Shown here piece after piece: positions 1 to 10,440 of a DNA stretch of 64,000 nucleotides. This stretch comes from Camelus dromedarius. Lineage: Eukaryota. Positions within the stretch are counted from its first letter, which is position 1, and the number at the start of each line of letters is the position of its first letter. The DNA is taken from contig NC_087437.1 of the NCBI RefSeq assembly GCF_036321535.1, forward strand, positions 13,828,001 to 13,892,000, written 5' to 3'. The translations under genes and the position numbers were made by a program. Under the pieces are notes generated by a model that was not told where the DNA came from, searched no databases, and saw only the letters and a program-made list of their open reading frames with translations.

Positions 1-272
1 AGGTCATTAGGGACTAATTGAATTTAGGTTTTCTTCTAAGTAAAATGGAAAGCCAGTGAGGGTTATCATCACAGAAAGGCATAATCCGGTTGATGCTTGA
101 AAAAGAGGAGCTTTTACCAAAAAATGAAATTAAAAGGATTAGTGTCAGTTCTATGCTGAGGATGAACTGTGATGCAAACTGACCAAAGGGAAGCTCTTTG
201 AAACACAGATTACGGTGGTCTGGACTGGGAGGAGACAATGAAAGTAAAGAAAAAGGGTCTATTTTGGAAATA

Positions 273-484
273 CAGTTGACTCTTGAACAACAGAGGTTTG
301 AGCTGAGGTCCCCTTCCATGCACATTTTTTTCCATAAATATGTGCTATAGGAATACACAATCCCCATTTGATCGACTTCCCCTGGATGCAGAACAGTGGA
401 CACGGACTGTAAAGTTATAACAGATTTTCAACTGCATGGGGGTTGGCTGGTGGCCGTAAGCCCCATGTTGTTCAGGGTCTGCTG
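273..484. mobile_element. Tigger2-type non-autonomous TcMar DNA transposon, inserted in an L2 remnant
   Basis: TA|CAGTTGACTCTTGAACAACA ... TGTTGTTCAGGGTCTGCTG|TA: imperfect terminal inverted repeats with a TA target duplication. Confidence 0.8.
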
Positions 485-855
485 TATTTTGAAAGTAGGC
501 AAGCAAAAGTGATCAGTCTATGAAGCAGGGTGATAAATTTCATCACTGACAAAAGCAGAGAGATTACAAAGAGGAAACGGTTAAAAATGAAGAAGCTGAG
601 TTCAGGTTTGCACATGTCAAATTTGAGGAAGAGAAACATTTAACTAGTGGTGTCTACCAAGGGCTGGAAATACTACAAAATTAACTTAGGAGTCACCAGC
701 TTACAGGAAAAACTACAAAAGATTGTCTCATTAACTCATTTTAGGATGATCCACTTTGTCCTTAGAATAGGTTTTTAAATATATTTTCTGTACATTTAGT
801 ATGTGCCCTTATTTCACACAGTCTGCAAATTTGCAAGAACTTATTCAGTGAATGG

Positions 856-1348
856 TGTCGACTGAAATAAATGCGCAGCCTAAAAGTTGAGAGTTATGTT
901 TTATTTGGCGGGAGGACTCGAGCCGGGATGACAGCCTCTCAGATGGCTCTGAGGGACTGCTCCAAAGAGATAGGGGAGGAGCTAGGCTATATAGGAGCTC
1001 TACAACAAAGACCAGGTAGTTGGAACAATAAAAGATTGCTTGTTATCTAAAGAAAACCAGGCATCTCAAGTGAAAGAATTTAGTGCTTTTCCATGTATGG
1101 GAGGAAGCAAACATTTGGGCTCACTGAATTCATTCCTTTGACAAGCACGTAGCTATGTAAGGCCAGTATCCTGTCCTTTCTTATCCTGAGTGCCCTCAGA
1201 GGGCACCACTGTGAGTGGCTGCAGAGGCCGGGCTGCAGGGGCCGGGCTGCAGGCTTGTCTTCACTGGGGGGTGGTGGCAGCCTCTGATGACTCGATGGCT
1301 TCAGCATTCTTTGTTTACTGATATGGCTTGCAGTATTTTTCCCTCACA
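856..1348 (-). mobile_element. Solo ERV1-class LTR in an ACP3 intron
   Basis: TG...CA ends, exact 4-bp TSD ATGG (852-855 and 1349-1352), minus-strand TATA-like and AATAAA signals. Confidence 0.88.
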
Positions 1349-1406
1349 ATGGTTAATCAGTCTCTTAAGATTCTTTCCAGAATCACAAATTCAATTCTCT
1401 ATACTC

Positions 1407-1488
1407 GTGTGTGTGTATGTGTGTGCATGTGTGTGTGTGCACGTGTGTGTGTGCACGTTTGTATGTGTGTGTGTGTGTGCGCGCGTGC
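1407..1488. repeat. Imperfect (TG)n microsatellite
   Basis: Visible alternating TG tract with CA/CG/TA interruptions. Confidence 0.95.
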
Positions 1489-1841
1489 ACAGATGCACAT
1501 CTAGTGCTAGAAATGAAAGAGGTCCGGAAGGAAGCAAGGTAACAATTATCATTTCACACGGAAAAACCTGGAAGTGTGAATATTTACCAACAGCACAGTC
1601 CTATTTAAATGAGTTCATGGGGAAAAAGAAACCTTTTGAGTTCTGGGTACATATCCCACTATTTAAGACCTGCAGATCATGTATCTCTTTTCCCTCAGTT
1701 TTAGAATTTTCATTCAGCTCAAAACACATTTGAATCTTTCATTCAGGTGACTTTTCACCAAATGAGACTTAAAATATGGCTGCAGCATCTTTAGCAAACA
1801 TCTAATTAATAAAAGATTTATGACTTTTCTTTTGCCCTCAG

Positions 1842-1940
1842 TTGCTATACATGCCTTTCAAGAACTGCCCTCGTTTTCAAGAACTTGAGAGTGAGACTTT
1901 GAAATCGGAGGAATTCCTGAAGAGGCTGCATCCTTATAAG
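1842..1940 (+). CDS. ACP3: Prostatic acid phosphatase, internal coding exon (human exon 5 equivalent)
   Basis: Acceptor ttttgccctcag|, 99 nt encoding LLYMPFKNCPRFQELESETLKSEEFLKRLHPYK, donor |gttaaa. Matches recalled human PAP LLYLPFRNCPRFQELESETLKSEEFQKRLHPYK. Phase 0/0. Confidence 0.96.
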
Positions 1941-3179
1941 GTTAAAAAAAAAAAAGTATCATTTAGTGGTGTTCGGAAGTGCAAGGGCCAAGACAAAGCG
2001 GGAACCTCTAGCTTCTTAGAAGTGTGGAGGAGTGGGTCTGCCGGTGGCTGACAAAGCAGTGGGTTTGAATGTTTCACAGGGGTCATTCGTCACTGCCTGG
2101 TCCCCTTCTCTGTTTGGGAGCCACAAGCCAGTATAGAAGCCAGTCCCTTTCGAATCCTATACCCACGTCCCTAGAACCAGGTGAAGGTATGTGGCTGGAT
2201 CAGAGTAAATTCAAGTCTAAAATGGTCTGCCTTAATGAGGCTGAGGGACTGCGAATACTGTCTTCATATTCAAAGGTTAGTCTTTTTTATTTTATGTCTC
2301 CAGTTTGTGAAATACCCCTTTTCACAACTATACAAAAGGTAGATATAACACTTTGTACTTTTAAAAATAATATTTTGAATCTGTAACACAATCCCATGGT
2401 TCAAAAACCAAAAAAATTTTTGAAAATACCATGGAAAATCTCTTTTTTGGACTATAATTTTCTTTTCTGACCTGTCTTTGGTCAGTGTCAGTGTTTATAA
2501 AAAAATTTTTGGAAGCCTCTTCTTTCTTTTTTTACGCCCCGGAACAGTTGAAATAGTGCTAGGATAACTTACTCTCGAAAAGTTTGGTAGAATTTCTCCA
2601 CAAAATTATCTAGCCCTGGGGCTTTTGTTTTGTTCTGTTTTCTTTGGTGGGGGAGCTCTTTAATAATTATTTCTGTTCATTTTATGGAAATTCATTTGAG
2701 TTAATATTGGCAATTGTATTTTCCTAAAACAATTATTCATCGGACAAACAGTATCTTCCAAAGAAATTGCTGCCAATTCATCAGGCAGATAACTAACCAA
2801 TAGGTTTCATTATCGTGACAATCCAGGAATAACCTAGAGAAATGTTTGTATCCCATCTAAATTTCACATTTACACCCAGATACCAGGCCCTGTTTTGGTT
2901 ATATTTTCCTGGAGTGCTTCGGCCTGAGACACGGTTTCATTTCTCACTTGCTTCTCATTTACATATGAATTATACTTCATCTCCTTCCAAAAAGAATTTG
3001 AGGCAGCACACGTCAGTCTGATTCCAGGACTGACCAGAAACATGTGGCAGGAAGCCAGCAGGTACCCACATTTTTAATGTAATAATGAGAAACGATCAAT
3101 TAGCTTTTGTAAAATCCTTTGGGTTGCCATTATCATAGCCAATATTACTGATGCACTTTAATGTGAAGAACAGCACCAG

Positions 3180-3271
3180 TTTTTTGTTTTTTCATAGAGG
3201 TACCAGGGATTGAACCCAGGACCTCATGTATGCTAAGCATGTGCTCTACCACTGAGCTATTACCCTTCCCC
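3180..3271 (-). mobile_element. tRNA-Ala-derived SINE (camelid Vic-1-like)
   Basis: Reverse complement reads GGGGAAGGGTAATAGCTCAGTGGTAGAGCACATGCTTAGCAT...GGTTCAATCCC (A and B boxes) plus an A tail. TSD-like AAGAACAGCA / AAGAATAGCA. Confidence 0.85.
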
Positions 3272-3278
3272 TCAAGAA

Positions 3279-3491
3279 TAGCAGCCTCAACAGGACAGGT
3301 TTGCCCCACAGGGAACACGCGTCAATGTCTGGAGACATTCTGGGCTGTCACACCGAGGGATGGGGATGCTGTGGGCATCGAGTGGGTGGAGACCAGGGAT
3401 GCTGCTGAACACCCTGCAGTGCACAAGGCAGCCCCACAACAAGGACTCATCCAGCCCAAATTATCAGTAATGCTGATGCTGAGAAGTTCTG
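3279..3491 (+). mobile_element. MER20 (hAT-Charlie) fossil
   Basis: Recognisable MER20 body (TTGCCCC..GGGAACA..CAATGTCTGGAGACATT..CCAGGGATGCTGCTGAACACCCTGCAGTGCACA). Confidence 0.85.
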
Positions 3492-3524
3492 ACTTAGAAC
3501 TTGTTTTCTCTGTGTGTGTTTCAG

Positions 3525-3617
3525 GCTTTTATAGAAACCTTGCCAAATCTTACAGGATACCAGGGCCAGGATCTTTTTGAAATATGGAGTAAAGTCTATG
3601 ACCCTTTATTTTGTGAG
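3525..3617 (+). CDS. ACP3: Prostatic acid phosphatase, exon 6 equivalent
   Basis: tttcag| 93 nt AFIETLPNLTGYQGQDLFEIWSKVYDPLFCE |gtaaga. Phase 0/0. Confidence 0.96.
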
Positions 3618-5225
3618 GTAAGAGAAAAAATATCCAAGATTAACTTACAGTCTGACTTTATGACTTGTGCCTGTTTTGAAGCAAGTGAATACATTTTCTT
3701 TGCTTTTTGGAGGATGTATTTCTTAGATTTCTTTTGACATTGTAACATGTGTCAAGACTTCTTTATATTAACTTGAAAATTCTGACTCCTTCTCTCTGTT
3801 ATTTATATATTCACCCTTTAGAAAGTTGCAATAAAAATTGCTTTTTCTATGCCTTGCTACTCACTTATTTTTCAGTCATTTGGGAATGTTGGGCTCCTGT
3901 CACGGATTTTAATGGAAAAAGCAATGTTCTTGTACAGAAAGAAAAAAAAAAGCCTGATTTCTAGATAAAGAAATAAGCAAGCCAACTTTAAGTCAGGCTA
4001 TTAAAATCAGTTTATCAGCAAGACTCTCTCCCTTGCTGTACGATAAACATCGTAGCTAGAGAAATTACTATTTTTCCAAAGCTACATGGCATTTTTTTTT
4101 TCCACGCATCACCTCCACCTGCTGGCCAAAAGCAATATTCTGTAATCCTGTTTTCCCAACCAGTTCCCCGAATCTTGAGGCAAAATTCTGACCACTCACG
4201 ACTCATAGCCACTTCTGATTCTGAGGTTGTCTTGACTGTCTCGGGGAGGGCAATTACTTTCACAGTTCCATCTCCGTAGCAGGCGACACAGTTGGCCCCC
4301 CTCCATGGTAGAGTTCATTGACCCAAGCACACTCGACGTTCACTTTATCATCAGCATCTCTTTCAAGGAAGTTTTGTGAGTCTTATACAGGAGGCTTCGG
4401 TGGAGACAAAAGCCCACATTTTGGTACAAGTCTGAATTTTTTCTTTCTTCCTTACTTCAGTTTGGTCTGAGCTGGTGCATAATGGGGCCAAGGTGTGTGG
4501 TTTCTTTTTCACCTCTCTCTCACTTACTTCCTCTGTAGGCTACTTCACTTTGGTCTCCTCTTTCTTGCTCGCTCGCTCTCTCTGTCCTGCTGCCTTTGAA
4601 ACTGGGGGAATCGTAATCAACTCTTCATAGCAGGTAATAAATACTGGCACAACATCTTCGCCTACTCATCCATTTAACAAGTATTCACCAAGTGCCTACT
4701 GTGTGCAAGGTGCAGACTTACCCCAAGAGTCAGTGAGCTAGAATCTGGGGTGGGGGAGAGTAAGGAGCAGGGACATGACTGAAGGCCCCAGTAATATATG
4801 ACTTTTCCCAGCTGTCTTCTCAGGCCACTGGCATAGCTTGTAAAACAAAAAAGCATCAGCCAAGCCTGTCCCCTTTTACCTTTCCCACAAGTGCATAGAA
4901 AGATGTCTAAACCTTCCATAAAGGAGTGAGGTACTTTCTTACCCTCCTGCAGCCTTACGCTGCCAAATAGGGATCACCCCTTTGATCCACAGTGAAGCCA
5001 AAAGCTCTGGACTTGGTGGGAAGGGGCAAATTCATTCCTGTGAGTTTTTCTTCTGAAAATCAATACCACTACTTATCAGAAAGTAAAGTTTTCCTAGAAA
5101 GAAATGACAGGACAGGAAAGGCTGAACCCAGTAGTTCTTGTAGGGGAAAGAAGATAAAAAGTTAACAAAGAGGACAGTCAGAAATAAAAATGCACATTTA
5201 TTTTTTTCTGTTTTCTTTGCTACAG

Positions 5226-5358
5226 GGTGTTCACAATTTCACTTTACCCTCCTGGGCCACAAAGGACACCATAACTAAGTTGAAAGAAATATCAGAATTG
5301 TCCCTCCTGTCCCTCTATGGAATTCACAAGCAGAAAGAGAAATCTAGACTGCAAGGGG
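5226..5358 (+). CDS. ACP3: Prostatic acid phosphatase, exon 7 equivalent
   Basis: ctacag| 133 nt GVHNFTLPSWATKDTITKLKEISELSLLSLYGIHKQKEKSRLQG+G |gtaagt. Phase 0/1. NFT sequon retained. Confidence 0.97.
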
Positions 5359-5394
5359 GTAAGTGTGAAAAATAAACGAGAGGAGTGTATCGGA

Positions 5395-5625
5395 TTCGTA
5401 GTCAAGTGATCTGGGTCTGAGTCCTGGTCCCACCATGAATCAGCTACATGGCCTTGAATTAGACACAGAATTAATCACTCCTGCACCAGTTTCCAATCTG
5501 CAAATGGGAATAAGAAAGTGCTTATTCTTAGGTAGTGAGAATTAACATGAATGTATGAATTCAAAAGGCTTAGCACAAATAGTACCTGGTACATTATGTA
5601 CGGTCAGACATTATGTGTTATTACA
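5395..5625 (-). mobile_element. MIR SINE remnant (others near 8310-8440, 11470-11940, 24660-24820, 33830-33945, 35360-35580, 43690-43910, 52380-52565, 62590-62810)
   Basis: MIR core motifs such as cagtttcc..atctg.aaatggg and gaaactgaggc. Confidence 0.65.
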
Positions 5626-7049
5626 ATCATTAATATTACCCACTCGAGGCCTTAGTTTTCCCATCTGGAAAACAGAAACTTTGAGCTAAAGCTAAATGAT
5701 AACTTTTCATCCCTTCGAGATCAAAGAATCAAGGATTTTGTATCTGATCCCCATGGAAATCAGTTGTGTCTGGGGGCCTACAGGATGAACTTTTCAAGTG
5801 GGAGGTGTGGATAAAGAAGCCTGAAAAGAAACCCTTGGTGGCAGCCACTGTTAAAGTCAATACAGTGTATTTTGCAGGCTAATTGTGCCCTGTAGTTTAA
5901 TACATATTGCAACTGACAAGGCTATGACACAGCTTAAATGTTTTCCATTGGTGCTGAAAGGCGTTTACTTCTCAGTGATGCCTCTTCTCAGCTGGATTTG
6001 GCCCTTTGTACCTAGGACATCTGCTCCTAGTGAAGGCAGAGCCAGGCAAGAGGATGCCCAGCTCTCGTAATCAGGTTAGGTGGGTGGAATACGCAGTCAG
6101 GACCAGGCAGGATGAGGAAAGACACTGAGGTCTCTGAGGGCAACTGGGTGGCAGGTTCAGGTGTGGTTGATGTTAGCATTAAAGCTAAAGATGGAGAGCA
6201 AGAGGAGGTCCATTATGCCCGGTTGATATAAAAATGAAGAAATTTGAGGTCACAGGAGATGTTCCAAATCATAAACTGCAGACTGTTTGAGGAAAACAGT
6301 ACAATTCCATCAGGACTCCAACCAGTGCCAGACCCTGTTCACCATGAGGTCAGCACAAGTTTAGCAGAACCCCAGGAGAACACATAGACACAAAGCATCC
6401 TGGAGGTTGGACCAGACTGGGAGGATGTTGACTCAGGGCTGCATAGCTAGAGAAAGAATCCAAGTCACCAATCAAGAGAGGAGTCAATTATAGCTACAAA
6501 AGCTCGTATAAAGAGGGAAGGAAACTGTCACCAGAAGAGCCGCTATCGAGGTAGGAAGTCAGGATGGTCAGAGCAATTTCATAGGAGATGAACAAAGTAG
6601 CTTGGGGCAGATAACTTAGGGCAGTGGTTATGAACGATGTGATGGAGTTGCAGACCTGCTGGTGCAGAGTCCCAGTTGCATGGTGCAGAGGTGACAACAG
6701 TGTGAGAGTCCTTACTCCATGCCGAGGGCACGAGCAACTAGACACAGCCTTTGCGGATGGGAGAGCATCCAAAGATGAGTCTTAGATGGAACCTGGTGTG
6801 TTAGGAAAAATGACCAGGCAAGGCACAGACTGCGTCTGGGGACGGAGCCCAGGATGCAGTTCAACCCTACGTACCAAGCAACCAAGGATGCAGAGGGTGG
6901 AAGCTGGGCCTCGTTGGCTGCACAATCACCGGATCTCATTCCTGAACAGCAGGGGCCAGCAGGATGACTCAATTCCAAACACATCAGATGGTGGAAACAG
7001 GACTCTTCATTTTCCCCAACCGAGTCACGATGAGCTCAAAAATGGATCC

Positions 7050-7225
7050 CCTCTCTATTCAAAATGTGGTCTACGGAACAGCAACATTAGCATCCTTGAG
7101 GTTGTGGTTAGACATGCAGAGCCCTAGGCCCCACCCCAGACCAACTGAATCTGAATCTGCATCCTAATGAAGTCCCAAGGCGCCTCGTATGTATGTATGT
7201 ACGTTAGAGCTTCAGAAGCACTTTT
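7050..7225. mobile_element. MER5A-like hAT fossil
   Basis: CAAAATGTGGTC...GGCCCCACCCCAGACC.ACTGAATCTGAATCTGCAT...AGAAGCACT. Confidence 0.8.
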
Positions 7226-7957
7226 CTAAATGCAGGAGATGGTAAAGAAAAGGGGCAGGGAAAGCCGGGCAGGAGTTGACAAGAGTCTAATAACAGATGC
7301 GGGGATCTGTATCTGAATGAAGATGGACTTTTCCCCAGCAGTGTGCACATATTTTCTCTTTTTCCCTTTGGCTACTAGAGATTGCATTTTGGGGAAGTCA
7401 TTTCCCCTCTCGGAGTCTCAGTTTCCCCACCTGGTGAGTGCACTGAACTAGATTCTATCAGAGTCCTTCCCTAAGGTGTTCTCTGGCTCTTGGACTCTAA
7501 GGGCTGGCACTCGTGTGGACACACCTATCCTATTTTTCTGGGGGAACCCCAGTGCTATTGATGAACCAGGAAATTTTCCCTTGGTGATTCGTGCCAAGAG
7601 GCAAGCTCAGCCCATTGTTGAGATCTGGCTAGGCAAGAGGGATTTGTCAGCTGCGTGCTTGTTGAATGATGACGCAGCTGAACACAGTCCTGCAGAGGAA
7701 ACGTGTTGTCTGGGTGACAGAATCACACGGGAACATCAGGGCTTTGACTGGTGTCCTCTGATCTTTGCCAAAACTTATGCTCCATCAGTAGGTTTCAGGG
7801 GTGACACTGTTCAGTAATATCCTCTTCCCACTCCACCCCCCACCCCCTGGCAACACACACACTCCCCTAGAAAATCCTTAGGCTACTTGCTGAGGCTAAT
7901 GTAGGAGCATGCGGCTGGTCATGCCTGCATCAAGGGAAACCTCTTCATGCTGTAGAC

Positions 7958-8172
7958 CAGAGGTTGGCAGGCGACAGCCCGCAGGCCAGATTCAGCCCAC
8001 TGCCTATTTTTTGTAAATAAAATGCTGTTGAAGTTCAGCCAATGCACTGAGGTAGTATCTTTGGCTGCTTTTGTGCTTCCACTTGAGAATGAACGGTTTT
8101 GATGGAACAGTGGCCCACGGAGCCTGAGGCATGTACCATCTGGCCCTTTACAGAACAAGTTTGCCACCCCTG
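7958..8172. mobile_element. MER58-like hAT fossil
   Basis: TIRs CAGAGGTTGGCA / TGCCACCCCTG; degenerate 8-bp TSD CTGTAGAC / CTGCAGCC. Confidence 0.85.
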
Positions 8173-9676
8173 CTGCAGCCCAGGAGTGAGGGAAGTGAAG
8201 TTTATGCCTTCACGTAATGGTATTTTGTCTAGTGTATGTAGATTTAATAAATGACGCACCAGGGAACTTAGAAGCTAGCTTCTGCTGCAGTGAGACCTGA
8301 CAATTAAGAACAGGGGTTTTAAAGCCAGACATGCTGGGTTCATTGAAGCTCAGCCCCTCTGCTTACAAGCTGTGTAATCTTGGACAAGTTGCTGAACCTC
8401 TCTGAGCCTCAACTTCCCCTCCTATAAAACACGATCATTGTCATGCCAGAGCCTGCGGATGGTTGTGATGGTTACTCCTAGTTTGTCCTGGGACCACGTG
8501 GACAACCACCCAGAACCAAGAGCTGATACCATATTCCATTATCGACACTGAAGTCTGCTGCAAAGGCACCTGCTGTCGAGGGACAAGTTGCTGATGAAAC
8601 ATGGCTGCTGTGACTCCCAGAAACTCAGAGTTCAGTTCCAACGGGGCATGAATATCAAGCTGGAGTTCTAAAGGGCTCCCAGAGGGCAACCTTCCCTGAG
8701 GTAGAGAGATGCAGACCTGCTGGAGCTGTAGCATCCAGCTCCTTCTGTTCCTCATCAAGGAAGGCCTGGCATCCACAGAAAACAGATCAGCTCCCTTTCC
8801 TTGGTTAACCCTTTATTGTGCTTATTGGTATACAGACCAACAGACAGTTTCTTCTTACTGTTTTATGAGCTTTTGAACGAGAGGAATCACGTCTGACTCA
8901 CCCTTTGTAGCTGTTCAGTGTCTGTTTGCTGCGTGGACCACAGAGTCCTTTATTATAGTCTGTTAACATCAATGTCCTGCTCATTACAAAGGAAAACTGG
9001 CCATCTTGAGCCGGGAGACCACATGTGCCATGGAGAGACTACCAGCAGAGACACAAGGAGCCTTCAGGGGATGGTTGCGGAAGTCCCTGAGGCAGCACGT
9101 CCTCAGAACAGCACCTGACACCCCAAGCTACCCCTCAGCCCTCAGTGTCTGCCAGCAGGACGGAGACTCTGAGTCGTGTGTCTGCCTGTTACCACCTCAG
9201 AAGCAACAAATGCAAAGGGCAAAAGCTTTTTTCTACTGATGGCAGATGGAGCCCTCGGGTGAAAGCTAAAGATGCTGGCTGCCCCCCAGTAGTGACACCC
9301 AGCGTAACCTGGAGAAATGGTCCACAGAAAACAGTCCGTGCCCTGTGCAGACACCCAGAGCTGCTTTCCCCATGCTTCTTACAGGTGTGACTGCAGGCGG
9401 GATGAAGACAGAGAGGTCCATGCCATGAGGTCATCCCAGGCCTGCCCTAGAGAAGAGCACTGGCCAACAGCTATCTGAGAAAAGCCTTCTGGAATTCCTT
9501 CCCAGTTCATCAACCTCACAACTTGAGTTTTAACAAAACCTGGTATAGTAGCATCCTAACATGCCAATCCAGCTCCCCTGCCCCAGCTGTGTGAGTCACC
9601 TGATGGCTCCAGGCCTGTCTCCTCCCCTGTGAATGGGAGAGAGAAGTCAGGGTTCAGTAAAAGAATGTATGTAGAA

Positions 9677-9809
9677 GGGAGGGTATAGCCCACGTGGTAA
9701 AGAGGATGCTTAGCACGCACGAGGTCCTGGGTTCAATCCCCAATGCCTCCTCTAAAATAAATAAATAAATTTAATTACACCCACCCCCAAAAACAACCAA
9801 AAAAAAAAA
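9677..9809 (+). mobile_element. Vic-1-like SINE inserted in a MIR
   Basis: GGGAGGGTATAGC...GCTTAGCACGCACGAGGTCCTGGGTTCAATCCCC followed by (TAAA)n and an A tail. Confidence 0.85.
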
Positions 9810-9988
9810 TATGTAAATGACACTCCTCGCACACCGCAGTGTTCAAGCACAATTAGTTCTTGTCCTTCCTTCGTAAGTCTTGAGAATCATGACAGAGAGA
9901 ATCACTTAGTATTAGTGAACAGAAAGCTTATGAACTAAAATATAAGCCCCCATTTGATTCAGCTGCATGTGGATCTGTTGTCTTTAAG

Positions 9989-10071
9989 GCGTCCTGGTTG
10001 GTGAAATCCTCAATCATATGAAGAGCGCAACTCAGCCATCAAACCACAGAAGACTCATCATGTACTCCGCG
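9989..10071 (+). CDS. ACP3: Prostatic acid phosphatase, exon 8 equivalent
   Basis: tctttaag| 83 nt (G)VLVGEILNHMKSATQPSNHRRLIMYSA |gtgagt. Phase 1/0. Not in the supplied ORF track; translated by hand. Confidence 0.96.
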
Positions 10072-10211
10072 GTGAGTGTCTCATCTCCCTTCAACATCCG
10101 TTTGTTCAAGGGTGCGAATTCTTTCAGGAGCCTCATTCCCTTCATCACCATTTCCCTATTACCCTATAAATGGTAGACCCCTGTTAAAATCTTTTAAAAT
10201 TAAATACATAT

Positions 10212-10440
10212 TGGGAGTTGGAGATGTGCAAATACTAACTACTATATATATATATATAAAATAGATGTAAAGCAAGTTTCTTCTGTAGCACACAGGGAAC
10301 TATATTCAATATCTTGTAGTAACCTATAATGAAAAAGAGTATGAAAAGGAATACATGTATGTATATGTATGACTGACACATGATGCTGTGCACCAGAAAC
10401 TGACACATTGTAACTGACCATATTTTAATAAAATTTAATT
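10212..10440 (+). mobile_element. Short L1 3'-end fragment (same type at 23027-23238 -, 33942-34226 +, 36231-36391 -)
   Basis: Shares GCACAGGGAACTATATTCAATATCTTGTAGTAACCTATAATGAAAAAG with the other L1 3' UTR copies in the window. Confidence 0.85.

Noticed and set aside
9677..9750. tRNA-Ala-like sequence (also 3196-3271 and 62370-62444)
   Set aside because: Broken stems, A-rich tails and several diverged copies mark these as SINEs, not tRNA genes.
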